From positions 9,796,001 to 9,860,000 of the forward strand of contig NC_086108.1 in the NCBI RefSeq assembly GCF_963921235.1: 64,000 bases of DNA, read 5' to 3'. Below, piece by piece: positions 40,533 through 53,413 of this stretch. The translations under genes were made by a program, and so were the position numbers. Source of the DNA: Mobula hypostoma. Its lineage: Eukaryota. Within the stretch, counting starts at the first letter, position 1, and every line of letters begins with the position of its first letter. The notes under the pieces are model-generated. The model was given only the letters and a program-made list of their open reading frames with translations. It was not told the DNA's origin and searched no databases.

Positions 40533-43497
40533 TAGAAACATAGAAACATAGAAACATAGAAAATAGGTGCAGGAGTAGGCCATTCGGCCCTTCGAGCCTG
40601 CACCGCCATTTATTATGATCATGGCTGATCATCCAACTCAGAACCCCGCCCCAGCCTTCCCTCCATACCCCCTGACCCCTGTAGCCACAAGGGCCATATC
40701 TAACTCCCTCTTAAACATAGCCAATGAACTGGCCTCAACAGTTTGCTGTGGCAGAGAATTCCACAGATTCATCACTCTCTGCGTGAAGAAGTTTTTCCTA
40801 ATCTCGGTCCTAAAAGGCTTCCCCTCTATCCTCAAACTGTGACCCCTCGTTCTGGACCTCCCCAACATTGGGAACAATCTTCCCGCATCTAGCCTGTCCA
40901 ATCCCTTTAGGATCTTATACGTTTCAATCAGATCCCCCCTCAATCTTCTAAATTCCAACCAGTACAAGCCCAGTTCATCCAGTCTTTCTTCATATGAAAG
41001 ACCTGCCATCCCAGGAATCAATCTGGTGAACCTTCTTTGTATTCCTCTATGGCAAAGATGTCTTTCCTCAGATTAGGGGACCAAAACTGCACACAATACT
41101 CCAGGTGTGGTCTCACCAAGGCCTTGTACAACTGCAGTAGTACCTCCCTGCTCCTGTACTTGAATCCTCTCACTATAAATGCCAGCATACCATTTGCCTT
41201 TTTCACCGCCTGCTGTACCTGCATGCCCACTTTCAATGACTGGTGTATAATGACACCCAGGTCTCGTTGCACCTCCCCTTTTCCTAATCGGCCACCATTC
41301 AGATAATAATCTGTTTTCCTATTTTTGCCACCAAAGTGGATAACTTCACATTTATCCACATTAAATTGCATCTGCCATGAGTTTGCCCACTCACCCAACC
41401 TATCCAAGTCACCCTGCATCCTCTTAGCATCCTCCTCACTGCTAACACTGCCACCTAGCTTCGTGTCATCCGCAAACTTGGAGATGCTGCATTTAATTCC
41501 CTCATCCAAGTCATTAATATATATTGTAAACAACTGGGGTCCCAGCACTGAGCCTTGCGGTACCCCACTAGTTACCGCCTGCCATTCTGAAAAGGTCCCG
41601 TTTATTCCCACTCTTTGCTTCCTGTCTGCTAACCAATTCTCCACCCACACCAATACCTTACCCCCAATACCGTGTGCTTTAAGTTTGCACACTAATCTCC
41701 TGTGTGGGACCTTGTCAAAAGCCTTTTGAAAATCCAAATATACCACATCCACTGGTTCTCCCCAATCCACTCTACTAGTTACATCCTCAAAAAATTCTAT
41801 GAGATTCGTCAGACATGATTTTCCTTTCACAAATCCATGCTGACTTTGTCTGATCATTTCACCGCTTTCCAAATGTGCTGTTATCACATCCTTGATAACT
41901 GACTCCAGCAGTTTCCCCACCACCGACGTTAGGCTAACCGGCCTATAATTCCCCGGTTTCTCTCTCCCTCCTTTTTTAAAAAGTGGGGTTACATTAGCCA
42001 CCCTCCAATCCTCAGGAACTAGTCCAGAATCTAACGAGTTTTGAAAAATTATCACTAATGCATCCACTATTTCTTGGGCTACTTCCTTAAGCACTCTAGG
42101 ATGCAGACCATCTGGCCCTGGGGATTTATCTGCCTTCAATCCCTTCAATTTACCTAACACCACTTCCCTACTAACATGTATTTCACTCAGTTCCTCCATC
42201 TCACTGGCCCCTCTGTCCCTTACTATTTCTGGAAGATTATTTATGTCCTCCTTAGTGAAGACAGAACCAAAGTAATTATTCAATTGGTCTGCCATGTCCT
42301 TGCTCCCCATAATCAATTCACCTGTTTCTGTCTGCAGGGGACCTACATTTGTCTTTACCAGTCTTTTCCTTTTTACATATCTATAAAAGCTTTTACAGTC
42401 CGTTTTTATGTTCTCTGCCAGTTTTCTCTCATAATCTTTTTTCCCCTTCCTAATTAAGCCCTTTTTCCTCCTCTGCTGAACTCTGAATTTCTCCCAGTCC
42501 TCAGGTGAGCCACTTTCTCTGGCTAATTTGTATGCTACTTCTTTGGAATTGATACTATCCCTAATTTCTCTCGTCAGCCACGGGTGAACTACCTTCCTTG
42601 AATTATTCTTCTGCCAAACTGGGATGAACAATTGTTGTAGTTCATCCATGCAACCTTTAAATGCTTGCCATTGCATATCCACCGTCAATCCTTTAAGTGT
42701 CTTTTGCCAGTCTATCTTAGCTAATTCACGTCTCTCATACCTTCAAAGTTACCCCTCTTTAAGTTCAGAACCTTTGTTTCTGAATTAACTATGTCACTCT
42801 CCATATTAGTGAAGAATTCCACCATATTATGGTCACTCTTACCCAAGGGGCCTCTCACGACAAGATCGCTAATTAACCCTTCCTCATTGCTCAAAACCCA
42901 GTCCAGAATAGCCTGCTCTCTAGTCGGTTCCTCGACATGTTGGTTCAAAAAAACCATCCCGCATACATTCCAAGAAATCCTCTTCCTCAGCACCTTTACC
43001 AATTTGGTTCACCCAGTCTACATGTAGATTGAAGTCACCCAATATAACTGCTGTTCCTTTATTGCACACATTTCTAATTTCCTGTTTAATACCATCTCCA
43101 ACCTCACTACTACTGTTAGGTGGCCTGTACACAACTCCCACCAGCGTCTTCTGCCCCTTAGTGTTACACAGCTCTACCCATATCGATTCCACATCTTCCC
43201 GGCTTATGTCCTTCCTTTCTATTGCGTTAATCTCTTTTTTAACCAGCAACGCCACCCCACCTCCCCTTCCTTCATGTCTATCCCTCCTGAATATTGAATA
43301 TCCCTGAACGTTGAGCTCCCTTCCCTGGTCACCCTGGAGCCATGTCTCTGTGATCCCAACTATATCATAATCATTAATAACAATCTGCACTTTCAATTCA
43401 TCCACCTTATTACGAATGCTCCTTGCATTGACACACAAAGCCTTCAGGCGCTCTTTTACAACTCTCTTAGCCCTTGTACAATTATGTTGAAAAGTGG
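40533..43497 (-). mobile_element. CR1 LINE with nearly complete ORF2 (endonuclease + RT, three frameshifts), inserted between L1 ORF1 and ORF2
   Basis: CVNARSIRNK, GITETWL, GDFN, SDHN; then YLDFQKAFDKV, GVPQGSVLGP, KFADDTK. Tail reads (TAGAAACA)3 on the plus strand from 40533. Confidence 0.95.
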
Positions 43498-43941
43498 AAG
43501 CTTCTTTTGGAAGCGATTTTTTATTTACTCGCTTATAATTAACTAATTATATGTACTGATACTGTTTTTCTTATTTCATATATTTTAGTAATTTTTACTA
43601 TGTAGACTAATTTACTATACTGTTTATTTTTCACACATATTAGTTTTCGGGAGGTCACTTATTTAACATATATTTTTGGAGTTGCCCCCTGCAGAAATGG
43701 GGTTAAAGTTAGTATTAGTCCTTTTTTCAGCCTTCTCTGGCTTAGTTTGGGGTTCTACTTGGGGTTGGGGGAGGGGGTTGTCTTTTTCTTTTCTAATTTT
43801 TTCTATTGGGCTGATTCAGAACTACAAAGATGTCCGAAGTGTCGAGATTTCCGGTTCCTCTCTAATCATGTATTCCTCTTCCGATTTCATGAGCTCACAT
43901 TATGGTTAACCCCTTACTTACCAAAGGGTTAATTTTTAGTT

Positions 43942-46900
43942 ATGGCTCATACTATTAATTTTGTCTCTTGGAATACAAATGGTTTAAACCATCCAATAAA
44001 ACGGAAAAAGATTTTCAAAGTGTTCCAAAGACTGAGTGCTCATATTATTTTTGCACAAGAGACTCATGTAAGGAAAGAGGACAACGCTTCTTTAAGTTTT
44101 GGAAAAGACAACAATACCATTCAAATACTCAAGACAAAATTAAAGGCGTTTCAATTTTTATTGATCCCTCAATTACATTTATTCATCAAGACATTATTTC
44201 AGATCCTAATGGCAGATTTCTGTTAATTACTGGGGTACTTTTTAATAAAAAGGTCGCTATGGTTAATGTTTACGTTCCGAATGTGGATTATCCTGAATTC
44301 TTTAAACACTTATTCACTTCCCTTCCTAATTTAAACGAGTATATGTTGATAATGGGCGGTGATTTTAATTTATGTTTGAATCCCATGTTGGACAGATCCA
44401 TAGGTAATCCGGCTTTACCGAACAAGTCGGCTATTATTATTAACTCTTTTATGTTGGATTCTGGGATTTCAGAAATTTGGAGATTTCTACATCCAAATGG
44501 TAAGGAATTCTCCTTTTTTTCACATGTACATCATTCTTTTTCCCGAATTGATTATTTCCTGATTGACTCTCGTTTGATTCCATATGTAGTTGATTGTAAT
44601 TATGACATTATTGCTATTTCAGATCATGCTCCAATGAAACTTTCCATCAAGTTAATGGATACCTTTTGTATTAGTAGACAATGGTGATTTAACCCTATTT
44701 TGCTTCAAGATCAGGACTTTGTCAAATTTATAAAGGAGCAGATTGATTTCTTCTTTTCAACTAATACTACGGAAGAAGTTTCCAACCGAACTGTTTGGGA
44801 CGCCTTTAAAGCTTATATCCGTGGTCAGATTATTTCCTGTTCGGCTGGTTTGAAAAGACATATTAACAATGAAATACTTCTGTTGGTTGATAAAATTAAA
44901 GAAGTCGATAAAAAATATGCTATTTCTCCCAGTAAGGAGCTGTACAAACACAGAGTTGAACTCCAATTGGAACATAGCTTATTATTAACATCCTCGATTG
45001 AAAATCAATTAATGAGAACTAGAAGTGATTTTTATATTCATAGCGATAAATCGGGTAAATTACTGGCTAACCAATTGAAATTTGATTCGGTTAAACGTCA
45101 AATTACTAAGATTCGCAAACAGGATGATACTTTCACAGTTGATCATGTTGGGATAAACCAAACCTTTCAAGAATTTTATACCTCTTTATATCACTCTGAT
45201 TTTCCTCATGATTCTAATTTCATGCATGATTTTTTAAGTAAATTGAGTTTTCTGAAACTATCACCCGAAAATTGCCTATCATTAGAAACTTCCATTTCAG
45301 AGGAAGAAATAATAACTGCAATCTCATCATTGAATTCCGGTAAAGCACCCGGTCCGGATGGGTTTACAGTGAAATTTTTAAAATTTTTTTCCTCCATTCT
45401 TTCTTCTAAGTTGTCTAGAATATTCAAGGAAGCAATCAGTTTAGGTAAATTACCAGAATCGTTTTATGAAGCCTCTATTTCCTTAATTCTTAAAAAGAAT
45501 AAAGGTCCTACTGATTGTGCATCATACAGACCGATATCTCTTCTGAATGTAGACTCTAAAATTTTTTCAAAAATTCTAGCAACTAGACTGGAGAAGGTGT
45601 TACCTCAAATTATTTCTATGGATCAAACTGGATTTATTAAAAATCGCTATTCATCCTTTAATATTAGGAGGTTAATGAATATTGTTTACACCCCCTCATT
45701 GTTTACACCCCCTGAGAAAGCCTTTGACAGAGTTGAATGGCCTTATTTATTTAATGTTCTTGAGAAATTTAATTTTAATTTGACGTTTATATCTTGGATT
45801 AAATTGTTATATTACTCCCCAGTAGCTTCGGTTTGTACAAATAATTATAGATCTCCTTTTTTTCGTCTTTTTTGTGGTACTAGGCAAGGTTGCCCTCTTA
45901 GTCCTTTACTATTTAATATTGCTCTTGAACCTTTAGCAATTGCTATTCGTGACTCACCAAATATTGTTGGTATTACCCGTGGAAACAAAATACATAAATT
46001 ATCATTATATGCAGATGATTTGTTGTTATACACCTCTAACCCGGAGAAGTCAATTCCTGCTATCCTAGATCTGTTAGCTCAATTTAGTAACTTCTCTGGT
46101 TACAAATTGAATCTTAGTAAGAGTGAATTATTCCCTTTAAATAAGCATGTACCTATTTATGGATGTTTACCATTTAAATTGGTTACTGATTCATTTATAT
46201 ATTTAGGGATAACAATTACGAAAAAATATAAAGATTTATTTAAAGCTAATTTTTTACCTTTAATTGACCAGATTAAACTTTTATTTACCAAATGGTCCCC
46301 AATCTCTTTGTCTTTGATTGGTCGGATTAATGCTATTAAGATGATCATTTTGCCCAAATTTTTGTATATATTCCAATCGGTTCCAATTTTTATCCCAAAA
46401 TCATTTTTTGATAATGTAGATTCAAAAATTTCCTCATATATTTGGCAGAATAAAAATCCCAGGTTAGGTAAAAGGTATCTACAGAAATCTAAAAAGGGGG
46501 GGGGGGGCTTGCCCTCCCGAATTTTAGATTCTATTATTGGACTATTAATATTCGATATTTAAAATTTTGGTTACAAGATTTGGACGCATCTTTAAACCCT
46601 CATTGGGTAAATCTTGAATCTAATTTATTACAAGGGTTTTCCTTGGGTTCGGTCTTAGGAACTTTACTTCCTTTCACTTCTTTTAAATCATATAAACAAA
46701 TGAACAACCCAATAGTTAAGCATACTTTGCGTATATGGTTTCAATTCCGAAGATTTTTTGGGTTTAATCAATTTATTCTAGCAAGTCCCATTATATCAAA
46801 TTTTCTTTTTCAACCTTCCACGATGGATCAAGCTTACTTTGATTGGAAAACCAAAGGTACAATATCTTTTTGTGAGTTATTCTTGGATAACTGTTTTATG

Positions 46901-47701
46901 TCTTTTGATCAACTCTCTAATAAATATAACTTACCCAGATCTCACTTTTTTAGATATCTACAGATCAGAAACTTTTTAATTACTGTCTCTCCTAATTTTC
47001 CACACCCATATCCAATGGACACTTTGGAAAAAATCTTAGATTTAAATCTCTCTCAGAAAAGTGTAGTAGCAAATATATATAATATAATTATGAATCTATG
47101 TCCTGATGCTTCTAATAAAATCAAAGCTGACTGGGAAAGAGAACTTGAGATTAATATACCGACTGAAAAATGGGAAAAAATTCCTCAGTTGGTGAATTCA
47201 TCCTCTGTATGTGCTAAGCATAGGTTGATACAGTTTAAATTAGTGCACAGGGCTCACATGTCCAAAGATAAACTATCTCGTTATTACTCTTATATTAATC
47301 CAATATGTGACAGATGTCATTCCAAGATAGCTTCTTTAACCCACATGTTTTGGTCATGTCCCTTGTTGGAGAAATATTGGAAAGATATTTTTGATATTAT
47401 TTCAACGGTCCTAAATATAGACTTACAACCTCATCCAATTACTGCTATCTTTGGACTACCAATGATAGACTTAAATAATTTAACCTCTTCTTCACGAAGG
47501 ATGATTGCATTTCTTACTTTAATAGCTAGAAGGTCCATTTTGTTGAATTGGAAAGAGATCAACCCTCCTACTGTATTTCATTGGTTTTCACAAACTATGG
47601 TGTGTTTGAATTTGGAGAAAAATAGAAGTGCAGTTTATGACCCTTCCATTAAGTTTGAAAAAACTTGGAGGCCATTCATTCAGCATTTTCATTTGACGTA
47701 A
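43942..47701 (+). pseudogene. L1 ORF2p (APE endonuclease, RT, CCHC), disrupted
   Basis: SWNTNGLN, QETH, GGDFN, SDHAP, RQGCPLSP, LYADD, CDRC...HMFWSC. Lesions: frameshift ~44080, stop 44685-87, motif-A lesion ~45700, frameshift in G12 at 46496-46507. Confidence 0.93.
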
Positions 47702-49419
47702 TTTGATTATTTCCAAACTTGTTTTATCTCTCTGTACTGTTGTTGGAGAGGAATGGAGTCGTCGACACTAAGGTTTTCTTCTTTTCCATTTTTAAGTTGT
47801 TAGTTTTGCCCAAGTCTTTTAGTTTAGTTGATTAATTTTGTTTTTCTTTGGGGATGGGTTTTTTTTTTGTTTTGTTTTTTTTTCTTTTTCATGTTTTTTT
47901 TCCAGTTTAATTTTGCTTTGTATTATCCGTGGTTAGTTCTACATGTTTGGGAGCTTTGTTAATTCCCACTACTTGGTTTTGCAATTACTTTTTTTAAGTG
48001 CAACAATATATCTCCTATTATTTGTATTATGGCTATGTTTTGTTTCTGTATCTTGAAATTAATAAAAAGATTGAAAAAGAAAGTAGACGGTCTGGCACTC
48101 CGTAAGCTTGCAGATCTTCAGCATTTTATCTCAGTGAATGGAGTCAAAAGCTTTGTGAAAATCGATGTAAGTAAGCACAGCTGGTAGGTTGTTCTTCTTG
48201 ACTTTTTCAATGATTCTATGGAGGGCAAGTATTTGCATTACTGTTGTGCGCTTCTGCCGAAAACCATTCTGACTGAATCTTAGCTTAGGGTCAATGGCAA
48301 TGCGAATCAGCTGATACAGCAGTAGTTATCTGTCTTTGTGAGAGATCCAGACTTGGGGACTGGGATAATGTTTGAGAGTGACCACCGTTCTGGTTTGTCG
48401 CCTTTCATCAGTGCCGTATTACATATGTCCAGCAAGATGTCGTCCAGGTCGCAGTTCTTCAGGACATCTGGTGGTATCCCATCTGGTCCAGCGCTCCTGC
48501 CCTGTTTGAGTGTACATTTGACCTTCTTCAGTTCCTCAATGGTGAATGGGCCGTCATCAATGTCAATTGCGTTAGTATTGTGGGTATGTCCTCTTCTTCT
48601 TCCATGATCGTTGGAGGGTTCTTAAAGTGGGTAAACCATGTCTGGACCCAGTCCTCTGGTGTTTTACCACTTATTTGACCTGGTGGGGTCTTGTTGACTA
48701 GGCACCATGCTTCTCCATGCTGCTTGTCTTCATTAGCAGCCTCTACCTCTCTAATCCTCTCAGCTGGTTCCTCTTCCTTCAGTCGGTCATAGGTGGCAAA
48801 GAGATTCTTCTTTGCTGTCTTGAACTTGTCTCTCAGCTCTTCTGTTTTGCTCCTTCTAAGTTCAGCATGACAAGTACTGACCACGCTTCTTGCTGTGACG
48901 ACGTCAGGATGTTTCGAGATCCGGCTCTTCTTGATTCGCTTCACAGTAGGCAAACTCTTTGTTGCATCTGTGTATGCGTCTATGAGCCGTTGATAGCGGT
49001 CGGTGGCAGTCTCTTCCTCCTCCTTTTCCAGTGGGCCGAAGCGATTTCTCACCTCCACTGTGTACTGGGCTTGAAGAATAGGTTGTGAGCAGAATGCCTT
49101 CCAGTCTACCTTCTCCTTGGGGCCTGTAGCTTTGGGTTGCCTCAGGCTCAGTATCACCTGCATTGACACTACTCTGTGGTCAGAACTGACCGAGTTGAAG
49201 GTGCTGTAGGCTTCTGTGTTGATCACACAATTACGCCATTTTGTTCTTATGAGGATGTACATCCTCGTACATCCTCCAAAAAAAAAGGGATCTAGAACCA
49301 GAGTAATTAACCCAAGCAGCAAGAATGACGGGGAGAGTGAAGAAAGAGGGCAGCTGATGATAAAAAAAATCTAATAAAAGAAGAGTCAAGCGGGAATGGA
49401 GAGGAGCTGTGGGTAAAAC

Positions 49420-50110
49420 TGGTTCAATGGTTTAATTTAACATCAGAGAACGTACACAGTATACAACCTGAAATTCTTACTCTTCACAGACACCCACAAA
49501 ACAGAAAAAAGAACAAATTATAGAAAGCCCAAAGCCCTCCTCCCCCTCTCAGCAAAAGCATCAAACCTTATCATCCACCATGAAATAATAAGCCCCCAGA
49601 GACCACAATCTAGAGCCAATCTCTAGTCATCATCTCAGACACTAGTGGGGAAGAGAGAGGTATCGCTCCTGCCACAATGAGGGAGGAGACCGACAGCTCG
49701 TTGTTTCAATGTCATAATCTGTCACGTCGCTTGTTCGAGTTCCTCAACTCGCGACCAACAGTGTCTCGCTCACCAACAAGAGAGGGAGAGAGTGATTACT
49801 TGAGTGCAGGGGCCATCTTTTGACAGCAGCGCAGACCACTCGATGTTTCAATGTCCCGCGACACTAGTTGGTGACATCGGCGAGGAATTGCATCGTCCAC
49901 AGGACCACACGCTGAGGGCGCACGTCTTTCAGGCCGCACCTGGAGATATCAAAATGCCAGGCTGCTCGGTGAATCTGTGAGCGAGAACCTAGTGCTGGTG
50001 AAGAACCATGGCTAGAGCTGCAGCTGTAGACCAGGACCCCAGCCACCTTGAACAGAAGACAGCGGACATGGGAAGAGAAGAATAAGCTGTTTTGTGGACG
50101 AACTGGAAGA
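49420..50110 (-). mobile_element. Probable non-autonomous retroposon with a Rex1-type 3' end
   Basis: Plus-strand TTTAACATCAGAGAACGTACACAGTATACAACCTGAAATTC resembles the termini at ~37265 and ~52170. No coding capacity. Confidence 0.4.
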
Positions 50111-50654
50111 AGTTGTCTGGGTCTTCAAAAGCTTCTGGCACCATAGCAGGTATGAGTTGACTTGAGTTATACAACTATGGATGTGTGCTTAGAGGGAGAG
50201 CGTGTGACTTGGATGCAGTTCCTCGCTGCAGGCTTCAGGAGGTACATCTTTACGGGCTGTCAGAAGGCATTAGCGTCCTAACTGAGAATCTCAGGACAGG
50301 GCTAATGAACAAAATACTTACAATTCCAGCTACAAATCAGAGTTCCTGGTGCTTTGCTACAGAAAGTGACCAAACAGGCTAACAACTTGCTGTGGGCCAA
50401 AGGAAACAGGTGTTAGAGCAAAGTGTTTTTTTTGTATTTAAATTTTATTGTTCAGTGTGACTGGGCTCGTTAGTTAGCCCATTTTGAACAGTAGAGATTG
50501 GCAAGAGCTTTCCAAATTCATCAGAGGGCTGTTCGCTCTAACACGGGTCTATTAACTACTCCCAGACCAATCTGGTTATATGACCATGCTAAATTAGCTC
50601 ACCATTACTTGTCTTCTCTGAGAATGAACGCTAAAATCAGATCCACTAGGATCT

Positions 50655-51174
50655 TGTTAAATGTTGGAGCAGGAGCCCCCTCCCTCAGATGTATACGTTT
50701 GTGTGTATCTGAGTGCGATAAATATATTTGTTAGGGTGTATTCTGGAGTTAGGGTATATAGAAAATATTAATTTCACCAGCAACCAATCTTCAGACCTGA
50801 ACGTGGATTGTAGATGAATTTAAAATACAGCCCTGAACAATGGTTTTCCTGGAGCTGCAGACTGGAGTTGGTTGCAAATCAGACACTGCTGATTAACATT
50901 CATTTTTGGTGTCTGAAGTGTGGGTGCGAAGAAGGTGGCAAGTAAAAACTATATGTAATCCATAGGAAGCATTGAAGATACGTTGTAACTATAGAATTGT
51001 CCTGCTGTTACCTTTGATCTTTAGAATATAAAAATGTCATGTAATATTGGGTCAGGAGGCCTCTTCCTCCAAGAGTGTCTCAATATGATGCCTGCTGTTT
51101 GTTTTTGTTGAATAAAACACTTCTATATCCATTAGATTAAGTGTCTCTCTGGTGACTTTGTTCACATATTACCA
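50655..51174 (+). mobile_element. Possible solo LTR
   Basis: TG...CA ends, TATAAAA at ~51027, AATAAA at 51111. Flanks ATCT/ATTT differ by one base. Confidence 0.35.
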
Positions 51175-51191
51175 ATTTATTCTTCTCCAAG

Positions 51192-51590
51192 GATTGTCAC
51201 CTAGTCATGGTGGAGAAACTTGTGAGTTTCTGAGATCTTGAGAGCGTAGCCATTTGGACTTTAGCCATCAGGTGCTTAGCTCCTGTTGGGATCACCAATG
51301 CCGGTAAGGTCCAGGGTGATGTTTGAGACAAAGAGCGATCCAATCAAGACTTCAACAGTGAGGCTGGTGGAAGGTGGTGGCAGTGAAGGGGGAGGAAGGC
51401 TACAGCTGTGAAGGGTCTCCAGTCATCTTGCAATACGTGCCACTGGACCCTGGCCCTGATCTGTGAAGGACTGTATGGCGGCCTCCCGTGCATCAGCCTC
51501 CCTCACATTAAACAAAGCCATGCACAGGCCTTCTCCATTAAGGTAATCCCTCTTAACGTCCTGAATTAAGTCCTGTAGTGATCAGCAAGT
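51192..51590 (+). mobile_element. RTE-related non-autonomous element (RTE-like 5' leader)
   Basis: CCTAGTCATGGTGGAGAAACTTG...GGGATCACCAATGCCGGTAAGGTCC...AGACAAAG resembles the conserved leader of Rex3/BovB-type RTEs (from recall). Confidence 0.5.
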
Positions 51591-51829
51591 GGTGAAGGGG
51601 GCCTTGTGAGGTCTTGGAATCTGAGGATCTGGATAAGTTTCTACAGCCACCTGAAGACCTACCATTAGACAACCCCTTAGGAGAACATTGTACTCGATTC
51701 CACTGATCGCACCACTGCTACCACTGTTCCTTGTCTCTGGAGTATTTACTGCAGCGTGATTCATATTGCCTTCTCTCGGTTTCAAATTTCAAATTTCAAA
51801 TTTCAAAGTAAATTTAAAATCAAAGTATG

Positions 51830-52168
51830 CAGGTGGAGAGGATGTTTCTAATGGCGGGGAAGTCTAGGATCAGAGGGCACAGTCTCAGTGTAGAGGGACA
51901 TCCATTTAGAACGGAGATGAGGAGGAATTTCTTTAGCCAGCGAGTTGTGATTCTGTAGAATTCGTTGCCACAGGCGGCAGTAGAGGCCAAGTCATTGGGT
52001 GCATTTTAAGCAGAGGTTGATAGATTCTTGATTAGTCAGGGTGTGAAAGATTACAGGGAGAAGGCAGGAGAATGGGGGTTGAGAGGGAAATTGTACAGCC
52101 ATGATGAAATGAGAGAGCAGGCTCAATGGGTCGAAGGGTCTAATTCTGCCCCGTGTCTTACGGTCTTA
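51830..52168 (+). mobile_element. CR1 3' fragment
   Basis: GAGATGAGGAGGAATTTCTTTAGCCAGCGAGTTGTG (EMRRNFFSQRVV). Ends CTTACGGTCTTAT. Confidence 0.85.
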
Positions 52169-52298
52169 TATGTCACCATACACCAACCTGAGATCCAGCT
52201 TCTTGTAGGCATCTACAGCAGAAATACAATAGAATCAATGAAAAACTACCCACAAAGACTGACTGGCAACCAATGTGCAAAAGAAGCCAGATGGTGTA

Positions 52299-52299
52299 G

Positions 52300-52326
<27 letters not shown>
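52299..52326. repeat. (TA)n microsatellite
   Basis: Directly visible. Confidence 0.95.
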
Positions 52327-52334
<8 letters not shown>

Positions 52335-52596
52335 TACATATATAATATAAAATAAGCAATTAAATAAATAAATAATACTGAGACCATGAGTGGTAGAGTC
52401 TGCAAAAGTGAGCTCATGCTCATATGCTGTGGAATCAGTCCAATGTTGTGGTGAGTGAAGTTATCCACACTGGTTCAGAAGCCTGATAGTTGAGGGGTAA
52501 TAACTGTTCCTGAACCTGGTGGTGTGGGACCTAACGCTCTTGTACCTTCTTCCTGATGACAGCAACGAGAACAGAGCATGTCCTGGATGTTGGAGT

Positions 52597-53413
52597 TGTA
52601 AGCCATGGAGGAATTAAAATATGGAAGAAAACATCAAACTTGAATGGGTCAAGCACAGTGGAAGCAGACCAACCAATTGTCCTTGTTCTTGCCATGAGGT
52701 CAAAGGAATAGAGGCTGCCATTTTGTGAAGCTGCTCTGAATCCTCCATTTTGTGAACTGGAGTTCTTGGTGTGATCAGTGTTATAAAGTAGATGCAAGGA
52801 TGCTCCAGCTAATCCGCTGGGCTAGAGGTAATTTTCAAATAAGAAGTTATTTGTGAGGTGATATTTGGATAGATATAACATGCAAGTTTGTGAATGGTGG
52901 GGTCTCTTTCTGCCCTGAGTGATTTGAGGTGGTTACTGGTTTGGTAACTGATTTAAAACCAAGAACCATAAATTACCAGTTGACACTTGCGGAAGAGGGT
53001 GATAGGTGGATGCTGGCTTGGATCAGAGCGGATAAGGAGATGTTATAGATCAGTCAGATGACCCACAGCCAATCACACTGAAATGCAATATTTGAATGGA
53101 TAAGCAATGAATATAAAAGCAGAGACTTCAGATGCAAAGTGGAGATAACTTCGGTGATTCACCATCGTGAAGAAGAACCTTCACGCCAGGGGCTGGGAGA
53201 AGAAAGGATTGATCATCTGGCTGATGGAGATCCTCTATTTCGGTGTTATAAATTGGAGAAATGGTCTGAGTGAGTATTGGTACAGAGGGGACAGTAGAAT
53301 TCATGTTTTAAGTTGTTGGCCTGGGATCAACATAATTATGTTGTTGTGCAGAGACAACAAAGTGAGAGCTTTGTTGGGCTTTAATGAAGAGTTGTGTAGT
53401 GAATTTCCTAACC
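52597..53413 (+). mobile_element. Unclassified ~0.8-kb insertion, possibly an old solo LTR
   Basis: Interrupts the Rex1 coding remnant. Starts TGTAAG and contains CCATTTTGTGAA twice and TATAAAAG at ~53112. The right end and TSD are imperfect. Confidence 0.35.

Larger units (their letters stand above)
39069..48081 (+). mobile_element. Apparently full-length L1-clade LINE carrying a CR1 insertion
   Basis: 15-bp TSD AGTAGATGGTCTGGC (39054-68) / AGTAGACGGTCTGGC (48082-96). Contains ORF1, ORF2, a T-rich 3' UTR and the end AATAAAAAGATTGAAAAAGAA. Confidence 0.95.
38039..49276 (-). mobile_element. RTE-group (RTE-X-like) LINE, 5'-truncated, split by an L1 (pieces 38039-39068 and 48082-49259)
   Basis: RT motifs GVLQGDTLAPY and LDFADD in ORF 38051-39022. 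Endonuclease end YILI...SSDHRVV in ORF 48528-49322. (TAG)5 tail. Flanks AAAGGATCTA (~38032-41) and AAAGGGATCTA (~49284-94). Confidence 0.88.
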
